DNA from: the human T2T-CHM13v2.0 reference genome, Homo sapiens
Reading direction: 5' to 3' (one strand)
Length of the DNA stretch: 64,000 bases
Assembly: GCF_009914755.1 (NCBI RefSeq)
Contig: NC_060932.1
The notes beneath the pieces were generated by a model. That model had not been told where the DNA came from. It worked only from the letters and a program-made list of their open reading frames with translations, and did no database searches. A program made the position numbers and the translations under genes. Within the stretch, counting starts at the first letter, position 1. The number at the start of each line of letters is the position of its first letter. Positions 1-11,300 of the stretch are shown here, one piece after another.

Positions 1-1887
1 CAGGCAACCCACTCCAAATCCTGGGGCTTTACAGCCCGCCAGGACCAGCCCTGGGGGCTTCTGTGATAGAAGCCTCTTTGGAAGGCTCCCAACATTCCCT
101 GCATTCTCGCCGCTTTTCCCCTCTGCCTGCCTCAATGTGCCACTGAGTCCCTGAGGACTGCAGATGCCACCCTGCGTCCCCATTTTGGCTTGCGAGGGCC
201 TTCTGTGAAAGACACTGGCACCCTCCTCGAAAGACTGGGACTTTAAAGCCCACCCAGGTAAGCCCAGGGGGCTTCTGGGATGGGAGAGGCCTCCTTGGGA
301 GGCTCCCAGCACTCCCAGTGATCTCGCCGCTTCTCCCCTCTGCCTGATTTAACATCTCCCTGAGTCCCTGCGGCCCGCCAATGCCACTTTGCGGCTCCGT
401 TTTCGCTTGTGGGATCATTCCTTGAGAGACACAGGCACCCTGCTCCAAATCCTGTGGCTTTACAGCCCGCTCGGGACAGCCCTGGTGGCATCTGGGATGA
501 AAGAGGCCTCCTTGGGAAGCTCCCAGCATTCCCTGCGGTCTCACCACTTCTCCCCTCTGCATGCCTCAACGTCCCCATGAGACCCTGTGGCCCAACCACG
601 CCACCCTGCCTCCCAGTTTTCACTCGTGGGGGCCATTCACAACAGACACAGGCTCCGTACTCTAAAGCCTGGGGCTTTACATCTGACCCGGAAAAGCCCT
701 GGGGGGTTTTGGGATGACAGAGGCCTTTTTGGAAGGCTCCCAGTATTCCCCGTGGTCTCACCGCTTCTTCCTTCTGCCAGATTCAACGTCTTCCTGAGTC
801 ACTGCTGCAACCCCATGCCACCCTGCAGCCCCTTTTTCCCACATGGGGGCCTTTCACGAGAGACACAGGCTGTCTGCTACAAAGCCTGGGGCTTTAGAGC
901 ACTCCGCAGACAGCACTGGGGACTTCTGGAATGGGAAAGGCCTCCTTGGAATGCTCTCAGCATTCCCTGCAGTCTATATGCTTCTTTCCTCTCCCTGGCT
1001 CAATGTCCCACTGAGGCTCTGCTGCCTGCCCACGCTACCCTATGGCTTCGTTTTCACTACTGGGGGCCTTCCGCTGGAGACACAGGCATCCTGCTTCAAA
1101 ACCTCAAGCTTTACATCAGCCGGGGGCAGTCCTGCGGCTTCACGGATGGGACACCTTTTTAGGATGCTCCCAGCATTCCCTGTTGTCTCGCAGAAACTCT
1201 CCTCTGCCTGCCTCATCATCAACTGAGTCCCTGCCAGCCACTCACGCCACCCTGCGGCCACGTTTTTGCTTGTGAGGTTCTTTTTTGAGAGGCGCTGGCA
1301 CCCTGCTCCAAAGCCTGGGGCTTTAAACCTGCCTGGGACAGCCCTGGGGGCTTCGTGGATAAGAGGCCTTTTTGGCAGGCTCCCTGCATTCCCTGTGGTC
1401 TCGCCACTTATTCCCTCTGCCTGCCTCAATGTCTCCCTGAGTTCCTGCAGCCCTCTCATGCCATCCAGATGCCCCATTGTTTCTTCTGCCATCTTCCACG
1501 AGAGACACAGGCACCCTGCTCCAAAGCCTGGGGCATTACAGCTTGTGCAGGACAGTCGTGGGGGTTTCTGGTATGGGAGAGGCCTTTTTGGAGGCCTCCA
1601 GCATTTCCTGCAGTCTCACCAGTTCTCCTCTCTGCCTGACTCAACATCCACCTGAGTCTCTGCCACCCGTCCACTTCTGCCTTGGGCCCTGTTTTTGCTT
1701 GTGGGGGCCTGTGGCAAGAGACACAAGCACATTGCTCCAAAGCCTGGGGCTTTACAGCTTACCAGGGACAGACCTGGGGGCTTTGGGTTGGGAGAGGACT
1801 CCTTGGCAGGTCCCTAGCATTCCTTTCAGTCTCGCCACTTCTCCTCTCTCCCTGCTGCAATGTTTCCCTGAGTTTCTGTGGCCTGCC
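1..1887 (+). repeat. Gamma satellite (GSATII-like) tandem array, ~217 bp monomers
   Basis: The motif acaggcaccc (with variants) recurs at 431, 648, 865 and 1082, a 217 bp spacing. GC-rich consensus ...gagagacacaggcaccctgctccaaagcctggggctttacagccc...ctgggatgggagaggcctccttgggaggctcccagcattccctgc... Monomer length and composition fit gamma satellite; the subfamily name is from recall. Confidence 0.9.
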
Positions 1888-1900
1888 AGCAGAAATTTAA

Positions 1901-1944
<44 letters not shown>
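1901..1944 (+). repeat. (AAT)14 microsatellite at the start of the 5' LTR
   Basis: Perfect aat repeat read directly; it produces the poly-Ile and poly-Tyr ORFs in the track. Confidence 0.97.
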
Positions 1945-1945
<1 letters not shown>

Positions 1946-2395
1946 TGTATTTATTCACTCCAAAAAAGTAAAACCTATGGCCAAGAATGTGGCAAGGCAA
2001 GGGTTAAAAAGAAAAGAACCAATGTTCCTCTGCCTAGCAGCTCACTTCAAGGACAGTTAGAAGATAATGCTGTCTGAATAGCCAAGGCCAAAGGAATGGG
2101 CTGCAGACAACCCCCTCCCTTGCAGAGCAAGGTTGAAGAAAAAAAAGAGAAAGAGAGGTTATTTTACTACTACTCTTTTCCCAGGCTTCTTAAGCATGAT
2201 TGGCATGATTATGTTTTACAAATGTCTGTATTTAGCCAGTTCTTGTTTTTCTTTTAATGCAGCTACAAGGCCACTACCTAGGTCAAAAATTATGTCATGC
2301 TATAGATTACGTGAACTGTTACTGTATGATTAACTGCTTTTATTTTATTTTATTTTATTTTGCTACTGCTTTTATTTTGCTTCTGTAAGGCCGCT

Positions 2396-2475
2396 TATAA
2401 AAACCCCGCTCTGTCTTTGTTCAATGTTCAGCTTTTGGATGTGAATCCTCTGAGCCAGTGTGTACCAAAAATAAA
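2396..2475 (+). promoter_or_regulatory. LTR TATA box and polyadenylation signal
   Basis: cttataaaaacc at ~2394-2405 and aataaa at 2470-2475; both are conserved in the 3' LTR (~5245 and ~5318). Activity is unknown. Confidence 0.65.
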
Positions 2476-2528
2476 TAAATCTTCCTGTACTCCGTATTGG
2501 TATCTCCGTTCTCAGTTTACCGCATTTT

Positions 2529-2546
2529 TGGCAACCACTAAGGGAC
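2529..2546 (+). promoter_or_regulatory. Retroviral primer binding site, tRNA-Arg
   Basis: tggcaaccactaagggac compared with TGGCGACCACGAAGGGAC (complement of the tRNA-Arg 3' end) is a 16/18 match, 4 nt after the LTR end. Confidence 0.85.
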
Positions 2547-2945
2547 CAGAGATGGTAGGCTTACTGTCTTCTTTGCCTCTGGAGGCTGGAGCACGGGTCT
2601 CGGGAAACCTGTGACCCCAGGTGCTGCCAGGAGAAGGTCAGCCCGGAGGGGAGATCAGCTCTCCCGTGACCCAGAGCCCCTACCCAGCAGCCCAACGGAA
2701 CCTAAAGAGGGGCTACAGCACGATTTCAGAAACAGAACGCTTCAGAAACCACGTTAAGGTTTGGGGGCCCAAGACAGGACCCGTCCCCTTGGAGAGAAGG
2801 GTAGCCTGATTACCTCCCAGAGTGTGCTGGATAGACGGACCCAGAGGGGCTTGGGGCGATGGGAGTGGCTCATCAATTTGGATGAAACTCACACCCCAGC
2901 GACCCAGAATGCTAGAGTGGCTCGCTAAGTCAGCTAGGAATCTGA

Positions 2946-3053
2946 AGGTGGCGAGAGTGGCTCACCACCCCAAGTGGGAACTAGAGGTGGCAAGAGTGGC
3001 TTGCCACCCCAACTGTGAAACTAGAGAGGGCAAAAGTGGTTTCCAACCCAATT
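2946..3053 (+). repeat. Three diverged ~40 bp tandem repeats in the ERV leader; the first two contain hairpins
   Basis: aggtggcgagagtggctcaccaccccaagtgggaactag / aggtggcaagagtggcttgccaccccaactgtgaaactag / agagggcaaaagtggtttccaacccaatt. Confidence 0.8.
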
Positions 3054-3368
3054 ACGAGCTTGGGAACTCAAAGTGTGTGAAAGTGTGTGAATGGACGAGC
3101 CTAATTAGTCTCATCAGCTGCGAAGTGGGGAGTCACAGATCTAGCATGGACTGTGTGCTCTGAGAAGCTGTGCAGCCAAATAAGAATAGTGGTGATCTGC
3201 ATATGGGTAGTACGAGCTGCCCTACAGCTCAAAGTTGTAGTGGGAATAAGGACCTCTCCAAAGCCAAGCAGCATCTGAGAACTCCCATAATAGGAGACGG
3301 TGTAGTCAGCCAAAATGATAGGAAGAGTGAGTGTGCAAGAGTGAATGTGCTGTGTCGTAAAGGGAGGA

Positions 3369-5057
3369 ATGGGAGGAAAGTCATCAAAATATCAAAACTT
3401 ACTCTAACGGCGTGCATGTTACAGAACTTTAAGAAAGGTTTTGCAGCAGATTATAGAGTTAAGTTAACCCCCCAGTCAAGTTAAGTTACCAGGCCCAGTC
3501 AAGCGGTCCGTCTCAGATGTGGCCATGCTCAAGCTATGCAAATGCATCTCAGGGAGATGTGAGGACCTATCTATTATGATGACCAGGATCCCAACAGGGA
3601 CCCAGAGGATGCAACTCAGCTTCAGCATTTGCAGAGGTACTGAGAGGCACTTCTGCAGGGGCTGAGAGTTGGTAGAAGGAAAGCAATTAATTCTAACTCT
3701 GTGAATTAGAATTGCCCTCTTTTGGTGTTGGACGGCCGACCAAAGGAACTATAGTCAGGAAACAATGAGCCAATGGGCCATGTATTTAGGGTGGTGACAG
3801 GGGTTGGAGGACAGCCAGTGTACCCAGATCAAATTCCTTTATATTGACTCATGGTGAAATATAATATAGACAAAACCAGCATAGACCCAGCCCTGTTTAA
3901 CGGCCTATTGCAAAAAAAAAAAAAAAAGCCAAAAGTGAAAGTATGAACACCTTTGTGGGCAGACAGAGTTAAAAGGGGGAATCCCAGAGACAGCAAGAGA
4001 AGCCAGTTTTGCAGGAGTCTCCAGAGGTAACAGAAATTCTCACTCCATATATTCCAGCCTACTGTCCCCTTTACTGAGGCCAACAGCCCCCAAGGAACCA
4101 GATTTAGAAGCTAACAAGCCCCAGGTCTCACCTTGAAGGGGAGGATCAGAGCCTCGAGAGACCAGGGAAGGAAGTCAAGATAGTCAAGTGGGCCTTCTCA
4201 GATCTGGCCGTGCTCGAGCTATGCAAATGCCTCTCAGGGATATGCGAGGACCTATCTATTATGAGGACCAGGATCCCAACAGGGACCTGGAGGATGCAAC
4301 TCAGCTTCAGCATTTGCAGAGGTACCGAGAGGCACTTCTGCAGGGGCTAAGAGTTGGTAGAAGGAAAACAATTAATATAAGGAAGATTTCAGAAGTGCTT
4401 CAAGAAGCTGATGAGAGCCTAAGTCAGTTTTATGAGAGACTCTGTGAAGCATTCTGGCTTTACACCCCATCTAACTCTGAGGCTGCTGAACATCAGTGTA
4501 TGGTAAATACTTCATTTGTAAAGCAAGCCCAGGGTGACATCAAGCAGAAGCTGCAGGCATGGATACCACCCAGTCTATAAAAGTGGCCACCAAGGTGTGT
4601 GTTAACTGTGACCTGGGAACAAAACGGGAAAGAGGAAAAGCAACCAACACAGCAGCTTTGCACGCCAAGGATTAAGTCCCTCTCCCCAGCCCTGTTGTAT
4701 CTGGAAGAAGAGGGGGCCGAGGATGGGCGCTACGAGAAAAGCAAAAGAGAAGGAAAGGAGAAAGTAAGAGTAAGTGTGAGAAGGGAAAGAAGAAAGTAAA
4801 AGAGAAATCAGAAAAAAACAGAAGAGACAGATGCCAGCACACGCGGGCAGAACCCATGTTGTTGTCCGTCCCCTCCAGCTGGTTTCAGGAGCAGGAGAAC
4901 TCAGGAAAGGAAAGGAAAGTAAATTGAAGGCTTAAGAAACAGTCCAATCTGTTGGCAATAGCTCTTATACAAAGAGAGATTAGCAATGTGAGAGGACGTG
5001 GATGTGGACGTAGACGTGGACGAAGTCAAGTTAGGCAGGGATTCAAGAGCAAGACAA
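3369..5057 (+). pseudogene. gag: Disrupted retroviral gag (MA, CA with major homology region, basic pre-NC segment)
   Basis: ATG-GGA at 3369; CMLQNFKKGFAADYRVKLTP (MA-like); LCELELPSFGVGRPT at ~3697; LQRYREALLQGLR...KISEVLQEADESLSQFYERLCEAFWLYTP (MHR) in ORF 4188-4580; RGRGCGRRRGRSQVRQG in ORF 4952-5197. Frameshifts, stops, deletions and insertions are present, and there is no CCHC knuckle. Confidence 0.85.
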
Positions 5058-5376
5058 GGCTCCAGACACCCCTCCCTTCCAGATCAAGGAAAAAAAAAAA
5101 GAAAAAGACAAGTTCTTTTACTGTTACTCTTTTCCCAGGCTTCTTAAGCATGATTATGTTTTACAAATATCTGTATTTAGCCAGTTTTTGTGATTAACTG
5201 CTTTTATTTTGTTACTGCTTTTATTTTGCTTCTGTAAGGCCACTTATAAAAACCCTGCTCTGTCCTTCTTCAATGCTCAGGTTCAGGATGTGAATTCTCT
5301 GAAACGGTGCATACTAAAATAAACAAATCCTTCCATACTCCGTATTGGTCTGTCCGTTCCTCAGTTTAACACCACA
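5058..5376 (+). mobile_element. 3' LTR, 5'-truncated with an internal ~80 bp deletion
   Basis: Aligns to the 5' LTR from ~2098 (ggctccagacacccc vs ggctgcagacaacccc). It lacks the segment at ~2246-2326, ends ...accaca, and is followed by the TSD tgcc. Confidence 0.88.
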
Positions 5377-8300
5377 TGCCCATGAAATCCTGCAGCCCCT
5401 TTGTCTCTTTTGGTGGTCCTCCTCGAGAGACACAGGCACCCTGTTCCAAAGCCTGGGGATTTACAGCCTGCTAGGGACAGTCCTGAGGGCTTCTGGAATG
5501 CGAGAGTTTTTGGGAGGCTCCCAGAATTCCCTGCGGTTTCATCGCTTCTCCCCTCCGCCTGACTCAATGTTCCCCTGAGTCCCTGTGGCCCGCCCAGGCC
5601 ATCCTGCAGGCCTGTTTTAGTTTGTAGGGGCCTTTTGCGAAAGACACAGGCATCCTACTCCAAAGCCTGGGGTGTTACAACCAGGCCGGGACACACCTGG
5701 GGGCTTCTGGGATGGGAGAGGCATCCTTGGAAGGCTCCTTGCCACCCTGCCACCATGTTGTTTCTTTTGGGGGTCTTCCGCGAGAGACACAGGCAACCTG
5801 CTTTTAAGCCTGGAGCATTACAACATGTTCGAGACAGGCCTGGGGCTTCTGTGATAGGAGAGGCCTTTTTGGGAGGCTCACACCATACCCCACTCTGTCG
5901 CCGCTTCTCCCCTCTGCCTGACTCAATGTCCCCCTGAGTCCCTGTGGCCAGCCCACGCCACCCTGCGGCCTTGTTTTCTCTTTTGGGGGCCTTTTGCAAG
6001 AGACAGAGGCACACTCCTCCAAAGCCTGGGGCTTTCCAGCCCACCTGGGACAGTTTTGGGTGCATCTGGGATGGCAGAGACCTCCTTGGGAGGATCCCAG
6101 CATTTCCTGCAGTCCTGCCACTTCTCCTTTCTGCCTGCGACAATGTCACCCTGAGTCACTGTGGCCTGCCCACGCCACCCTGCGGGCCCGTTTTGCCTGT
6201 GGGGGCCCTCCGCGAGAGACACAGGCACCCTGTTCCAACGGTTGGGGCTTTACAGCCGAACCCAAACAGCTCTGGGTGCTTTTTGGATCATAGAGTCCTT
6301 TTGGGCGGCTCCCAGCATTCCCTGCGGTCTCGCCGCTTCTCCTCTTCTGCCTGCCTCAATGTCCCCTGAGTCCCTGCTGCCTGCTTACGCCACCCTGTGG
6401 CCCCGTTTTCGCTTGTGAGGGCCTTCTGCGTGAGACACAGGCACACGGATGCAAAGCCTGGAGACTTACAGCCCGCCCAGGAGAGGCCGGGGGGCTTCTG
6501 AAATGGGAGAGGCCTTTTGCAGAGGCTACCAGCATTCCCTGCGGTTTCACCAATTCTCCTGTCTGCATGCCTCAATGTCTCCGTAGTCCCTCCGGCCCGC
6601 CCACGCCACCCTGCGGCCCCCTTTTCTTTTGTGGGGGCCTTTCGCGAGATACACAGATTCCCTGCTTCAAAGCCTGGGGAGCATTCTGGGATAAAAGAGT
6701 CTTCTTGGGTGGCTTCCAGCATTTCCTGTGGTCTCTTCGCTTCTTCTCTCTACCTGCCTCAACGTCCTGTTGAATTCCTGTGTCCGGCCCATGCCACCCT
6801 GTGGCCCAGATTTTGCTTGTGGAGGCCTTCCTCTAGAGACACAGGCACCCTGTTCCAAAGCCTGGTGGTTTACAGCCCGCCTGGGACAATCCTGGGTGCT
6901 TCTGGGATCAGAGAGGTCTCATTGGGAGGCTCCCAGCATTCCCTGCGGTATCACCACTTCTCCCGTCTGCCTGCCTCAACATCTCCCTGAGTCTCTGCAG
7001 CCCGCCCACGTCACCCTACAGCCCGTTTTTGCTTGTGGGGAATGCCGTGAGAGACACAGGCAACCTGCTCCAAAGCATTGGGCTTTACAGTAGGCTCAGG
7101 ACAGCACTGGTGACTCCTGGAATGGGAGAGGCCTCCTTGGGATGCTCCCAAAATTTCTTGTGGTCTTCACACCTCTCCCCTCTGCCAGGCTCAACGTCCC
7201 GCTAAGTCCTTGCAAATCGCCAACACCACCCTACTGTCCCATTTTCGCTAGGGGGGGCCTTCTGCTAAAGACAACCTGCTTCAAAACCTGAAGCTTTACC
7301 TCATGCCCGAGACAGTCCTGAGGGCTTCTGGGATGGAAGAGGCCTCCTTGGGAGGCTCCCTGCATTTTCTGAGGCTTTGCCGCTTCTCCCTTCTGCCTGC
7401 CTCAGCATCCCCCTGAGTCCCTTTGGCCTGCTCACGCCACTTTATTGTCCCGTTGTCTCTTTTGAAGCTCTTCTGAGAGAGACACAGGCACCCCGCTCCA
7501 AAGCCTTGAGCATTACAACACGTCTGAGACAGCCCTGGGGGCTTCTGTGATGGGATAGGCCTCCTTGGGAGGCTCCCAGCATTTTCTGCGGTGTCGCCGC
7601 TTCTCCCCTCTGCCTGCCACAACATTCCCCTGTGTCCCTGCATCCCGCTTATGCTACTCTGCGGCCCGCCCACGCCACCCTGATACCGTTTTTGCTTGTG
7701 GTGGCATTTTCCTAGAGACACAGGCACCCTGCTCCAAAGCCTGGGGCTTTAAACCCTGCCTGGGTCAGTCCTGGGGTCTTCTCTGATGGGAGAGGCCTAT
7801 TTGGAAGGCTCTCAGCATTCCCTGGGATCTCGCTGCTTCCCCCCTCTGCCTACCTTAACCTCAACCTGAGTCCCTGCTGCCCACTCCCGCTACCGAGCAG
7901 CCCCGTTTTCTCTTTTGGGGACCTTCTGTGAGAGACACAGGCACCCTGCACCGAAGCCTGGGGCTTTCCAGCCTGCCCGGGACACCCCTGGGTGCAGGGA
8001 GTGTTCTGGGGTGGGAGAGACCTCCGTGGGATGCTCCCAGTATTCCCTGTGGTCTTGCCACATCTCCATTCTGTCTGCCACAACGTCCCCCTGAGTCTCT
8101 GCTGCTCGCCCACGCCACCCTTCAGCCCCATTTTTGCTTGTGGGTGCTTTCCACGAGAGATACAGGCACCCGGCTAGAAAGATGTGGGCTTTAGAGCAGG
8201 CCCGGGACAGTCCTGGGGCTTCTGGGATGGGAGAGGCCTCCTTGGGATGCTCCCAGCATTCTCTGTGTTCTTGATGCTTTACCCCTCTGCCTGGATCAAC

Positions 8301-11300
8301 GTCCCCCTGAGTCCCTGCGGCCTGCCCAGGCCACCCTGCGCACCTGGTTTCCCTTGTGGAGGCCTTATGCGGGAGACACAGGCACCCTGCTCCAAAGCCT
8401 GGGTCATTACAGCAAGTTCGGGACAGACCTGGGGGCTTCTGGAATTGGAGAGACCTCCTTGGGAGGCTCCCTGCATTCCCTGCGGCCTGGCTGCTTCTCC
8501 CTTCTGTCTGCCTCAATGTCTCCTTGAGTCCTTTCAGCCCTCTCACGCCACCCTGCCGCCCTGTTGTTTCATTTGGGGGTATTCTGCAATAGACACTGGC
8601 ACCCTGTTTTAAAGCCTAAGGCATTACAGCTCGTCTGAGACAGTCCTGGGGGCTTCTGTGATGAAAGAGGTCTCCTAGGGAGGCACCCAGCATTCCCTGC
8701 AGTCTTTTCCCTTTTCCCTCGGCCTCACTCAACATCTCCCTGACTCTCAGCAACCCGCCCGCGCCATGCTGCCGTTCCGATGTCTTTTTTAGGGGTCTTT
8801 GGCGAGAGACACCAGCACCCTGCTCCAAAGCCTGGGACTTTACAGCACATCCGAGATAGATCTAGGGGCTTCTGTGATGGGAGAGGTCTCCTTGGGAAGC
8901 TCCCAACATTGTCTGCTGTCTCGATGTTTCTCCCCTCTGCCTGCCTCAATGTCCTCCAGAGTCCCTGCAGCCTGTTCACGCCATCCTGCGGCCCTCCCAC
9001 GCGACCTTGGCGGTTTTGTTTTCGCTTGTGGGAGCCTTTTGTGAGAGACACAGGCATCCTTCTCCTTAGCCTGGGGCTTTGAAGGCCGCCAGGGACAGTC
9101 CTAGGGGCTTCTAGTATAGGAGGGGACTCCTTGGAAGGCTCCCAGCAATCACTGCAGTCTCACCACTTCCCCTGCTCTGCCTGCCTCAAAGTCACCCTGA
9201 GTCCCTGCCACCCGCCCACGTCACCCTGCGGCCCCGTTTTCACTTGTGGGGGCCTTCCGTGAGAGACACAGTCACCGTGCTTCGAAGCCTGGGGCTTTGT
9301 AGCACGCTGGGGATAGCCCTGGGGGCTTCTGGGATGGGAGAGGCCTTTTTGGTAGGGTACCAGTATTTCCTGCGTTCTAGCCAATTCTCCCCTCTGCCTG
9401 CAACAACGTCCCTCTGAGTCCTCGCGGCCATCCACACCACTCTGTGGCCCCGTTTTCATTTGTGGGAGTCTTTTGGGAGATATACAAGCACCCTGCTTCA
9501 AAGCCTGGGGCTTTACAGGTTGCCTGAAATAGCCCAGAAAGAGTTTGGGATGGGAGTGTCCTCTTGGGAATCTCCCAGAATTCCCTGTGGTCTCGCAACT
9601 TCTTCCCTCTGCCTACCTCAACATCCCCATGCATCTCTGCAGCCCGCCCATGCCACCCTGTGGCTCCTTTTTTGCTTTTGGCGGTCTTCCGTGAGAGTCA
9701 CAAGCACCCTGGTCCAAAACCTGGTGTTTACAGCCTGCCCAGGACAACCCTGGGGGATTCTGGGATGGGAGAGGCCTTTTAAGGAGGCTCCCAGCGTTCC
9801 CTGCGGTCTCGCAGTGTCTTCTCTCTGCCTTCTTCAATGTACCCCTGAGTCTCTGTGGCGTGCCCAAGCCACCCTATTGCCCCATTTTCGCTTATGAGGG
9901 CTTGCTACAAGTGCCACAGGCACCCTGCTCCAAAGCCTTGGGCTTTACAGAAGGCCCAGGACAGCCCTGGGGGCTTCTGGGATGGGAGAGGCCTCCTTGG
10001 GATGCTCCCAGCATTCCCTGCTGTCTCGACACTTGTCCTCTCTGCCCGGCTCAATGTCCCCCTGAGTATTTGCGAGCCGCCCACCCCACCCTATGGCCCA
10101 ATTATCGCTAGTAATTGCCCTTCCGCTAAAGACACAGGCACCCTTCTTCAAAACCTGAAGCATTACATCACACCCAGAACAGCTCTGGGGGTTTCTGGGA
10201 TAGGAGAGGCCTCCTTGGGAGGCTCTTAGCATTCCCTACAGTCTCACTGCTTCTCCCCTCCACCTGCCTCAATGTCACATTGAGTCCCTGCCGCCCGCCC
10301 ACCCCACCCTGAGGCCCTGTTTTTGCTTATGGAGGCCTTCCGCCAAAGCCACAGGCACCCTGCTCCAAAGCCTGGGGCATTACAGCCAGGCCAGGACAGC
10401 CCTGGGGGCTTCTGGGATGGGAGAGGCCTTCTTGGAAGTCTCCCTGCATTTTCTGTGGTCTTGTCGCTTCTCCCCTCTGCCTGCCTCAAAGTCCCCATGA
10501 TTCCCTGTGGCCTGCCCATGCCACCTTGCCTCCCCGGTTTTGCTTGTGGAGGTCTTCTGCGAGATACACAGGCACCCTGCTCCAAAGCCTGGTGCTTTAT
10601 AGCCCTCCCGGGACAGCCCTGGAGCTTCTGGGATGGGAGAGCCCCTATAGAGAGGCTCCCAGCATTCTCTGCTGTGTCACCACCTCTCCCTTCTGCCTGC
10701 CTCAACTTCTTGCTGAGACCCTGCGGCTTGCTCATGCCACTCTATGCCCCATTATTGCACGTGGGGGCTTCCCGCAAGAGACGCAGCCACTTTGTTCCAA
10801 AGCCTGGGACTTCATAGCCCGCCCGGGAGAATCCTGGGTGCTTCTGAGATGAAAGAGGCCCCCTTGGGAGGCTCCCAGCAATCCCTACCTTCCTGCTTCT
10901 TCTCTTCTCTGTCTACCTCAGCATCTCCCTGAGTCCCTGCGGCCTGCCCAGGCCACCCTACCGCCTCATTGTGTCTTTTGGGGTTCTTCTGCAAGAGGCA
11001 CAGACACCCTGCTCTAAAGCCTGGGGAATTGCAGCCCATTAGAGACAGCCCTCAGGGCTTCTGGGATGGGAGAGGTGTACTTGGGAGGGTCCCAGCATTC
11101 CCTGCGGTCTCTTCTATTTTTCCCCTCTGCCTGCCTCAACATCCCCTGAGTCCCTGAGGCCCGCCCACACCACCCAGAGGCCCCATTTTCGCTAGTGGGG
11201 GCCTTTTGCTAAAGACACAAGCACCCTGCTTCAAAATCTGAAGTTTGTCAGAACGCCCGAGACAGTCCTAAGAACTTCTGGGATGGGAGAGAATTCCCTG

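Larger units (their letters stand above)
1888..2524 (+). mobile_element. 5' LTR (LTR4/LTR61/LTR76-type family; exact subfamily uncertain)
   Basis: TATA-like tataaaa at 2396, AATAAA at 2470, ends in ...CA before the PBS. The sequence is repeated in the 3' LTR. The terminal TG appears to be lost. Confidence 0.85.
1888..5376 (+). mobile_element. Deleted ERV1-class (gammaretrovirus-like) provirus, ERV3/HERV-R-related: 5' LTR, PBS, leader, gag remnant, truncated 3' LTR
   Basis: Two homologous LTRs (1888-2524 and 5058-5376), a tRNA-Arg PBS just after the 5' LTR, and gag-like peptides. The 4-bp target-site duplication tgcc lies at 1884-1887 and 5377-5380, and the satellite monomer resumes in phase after it. 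Confidence 0.9.

Noticed and set aside
1752-2060. Poly-Tyr and poly-Ile ORFs
   Set aside because: Artefacts of the (AAT)n microsatellite.
2529-2546. tRNA gene
   Set aside because: Only the 18-nt complement of a tRNA 3' end is present, which is the PBS; there is no cloverleaf.
4188-4580. Expressed 130-aa capsid-like protein (domesticated gag)
   Set aside because: The ORF starts at GTG, appears to span a deletion junction, frameshifts at its end, and lies among stops and rearrangements. There is no evidence of preservation.
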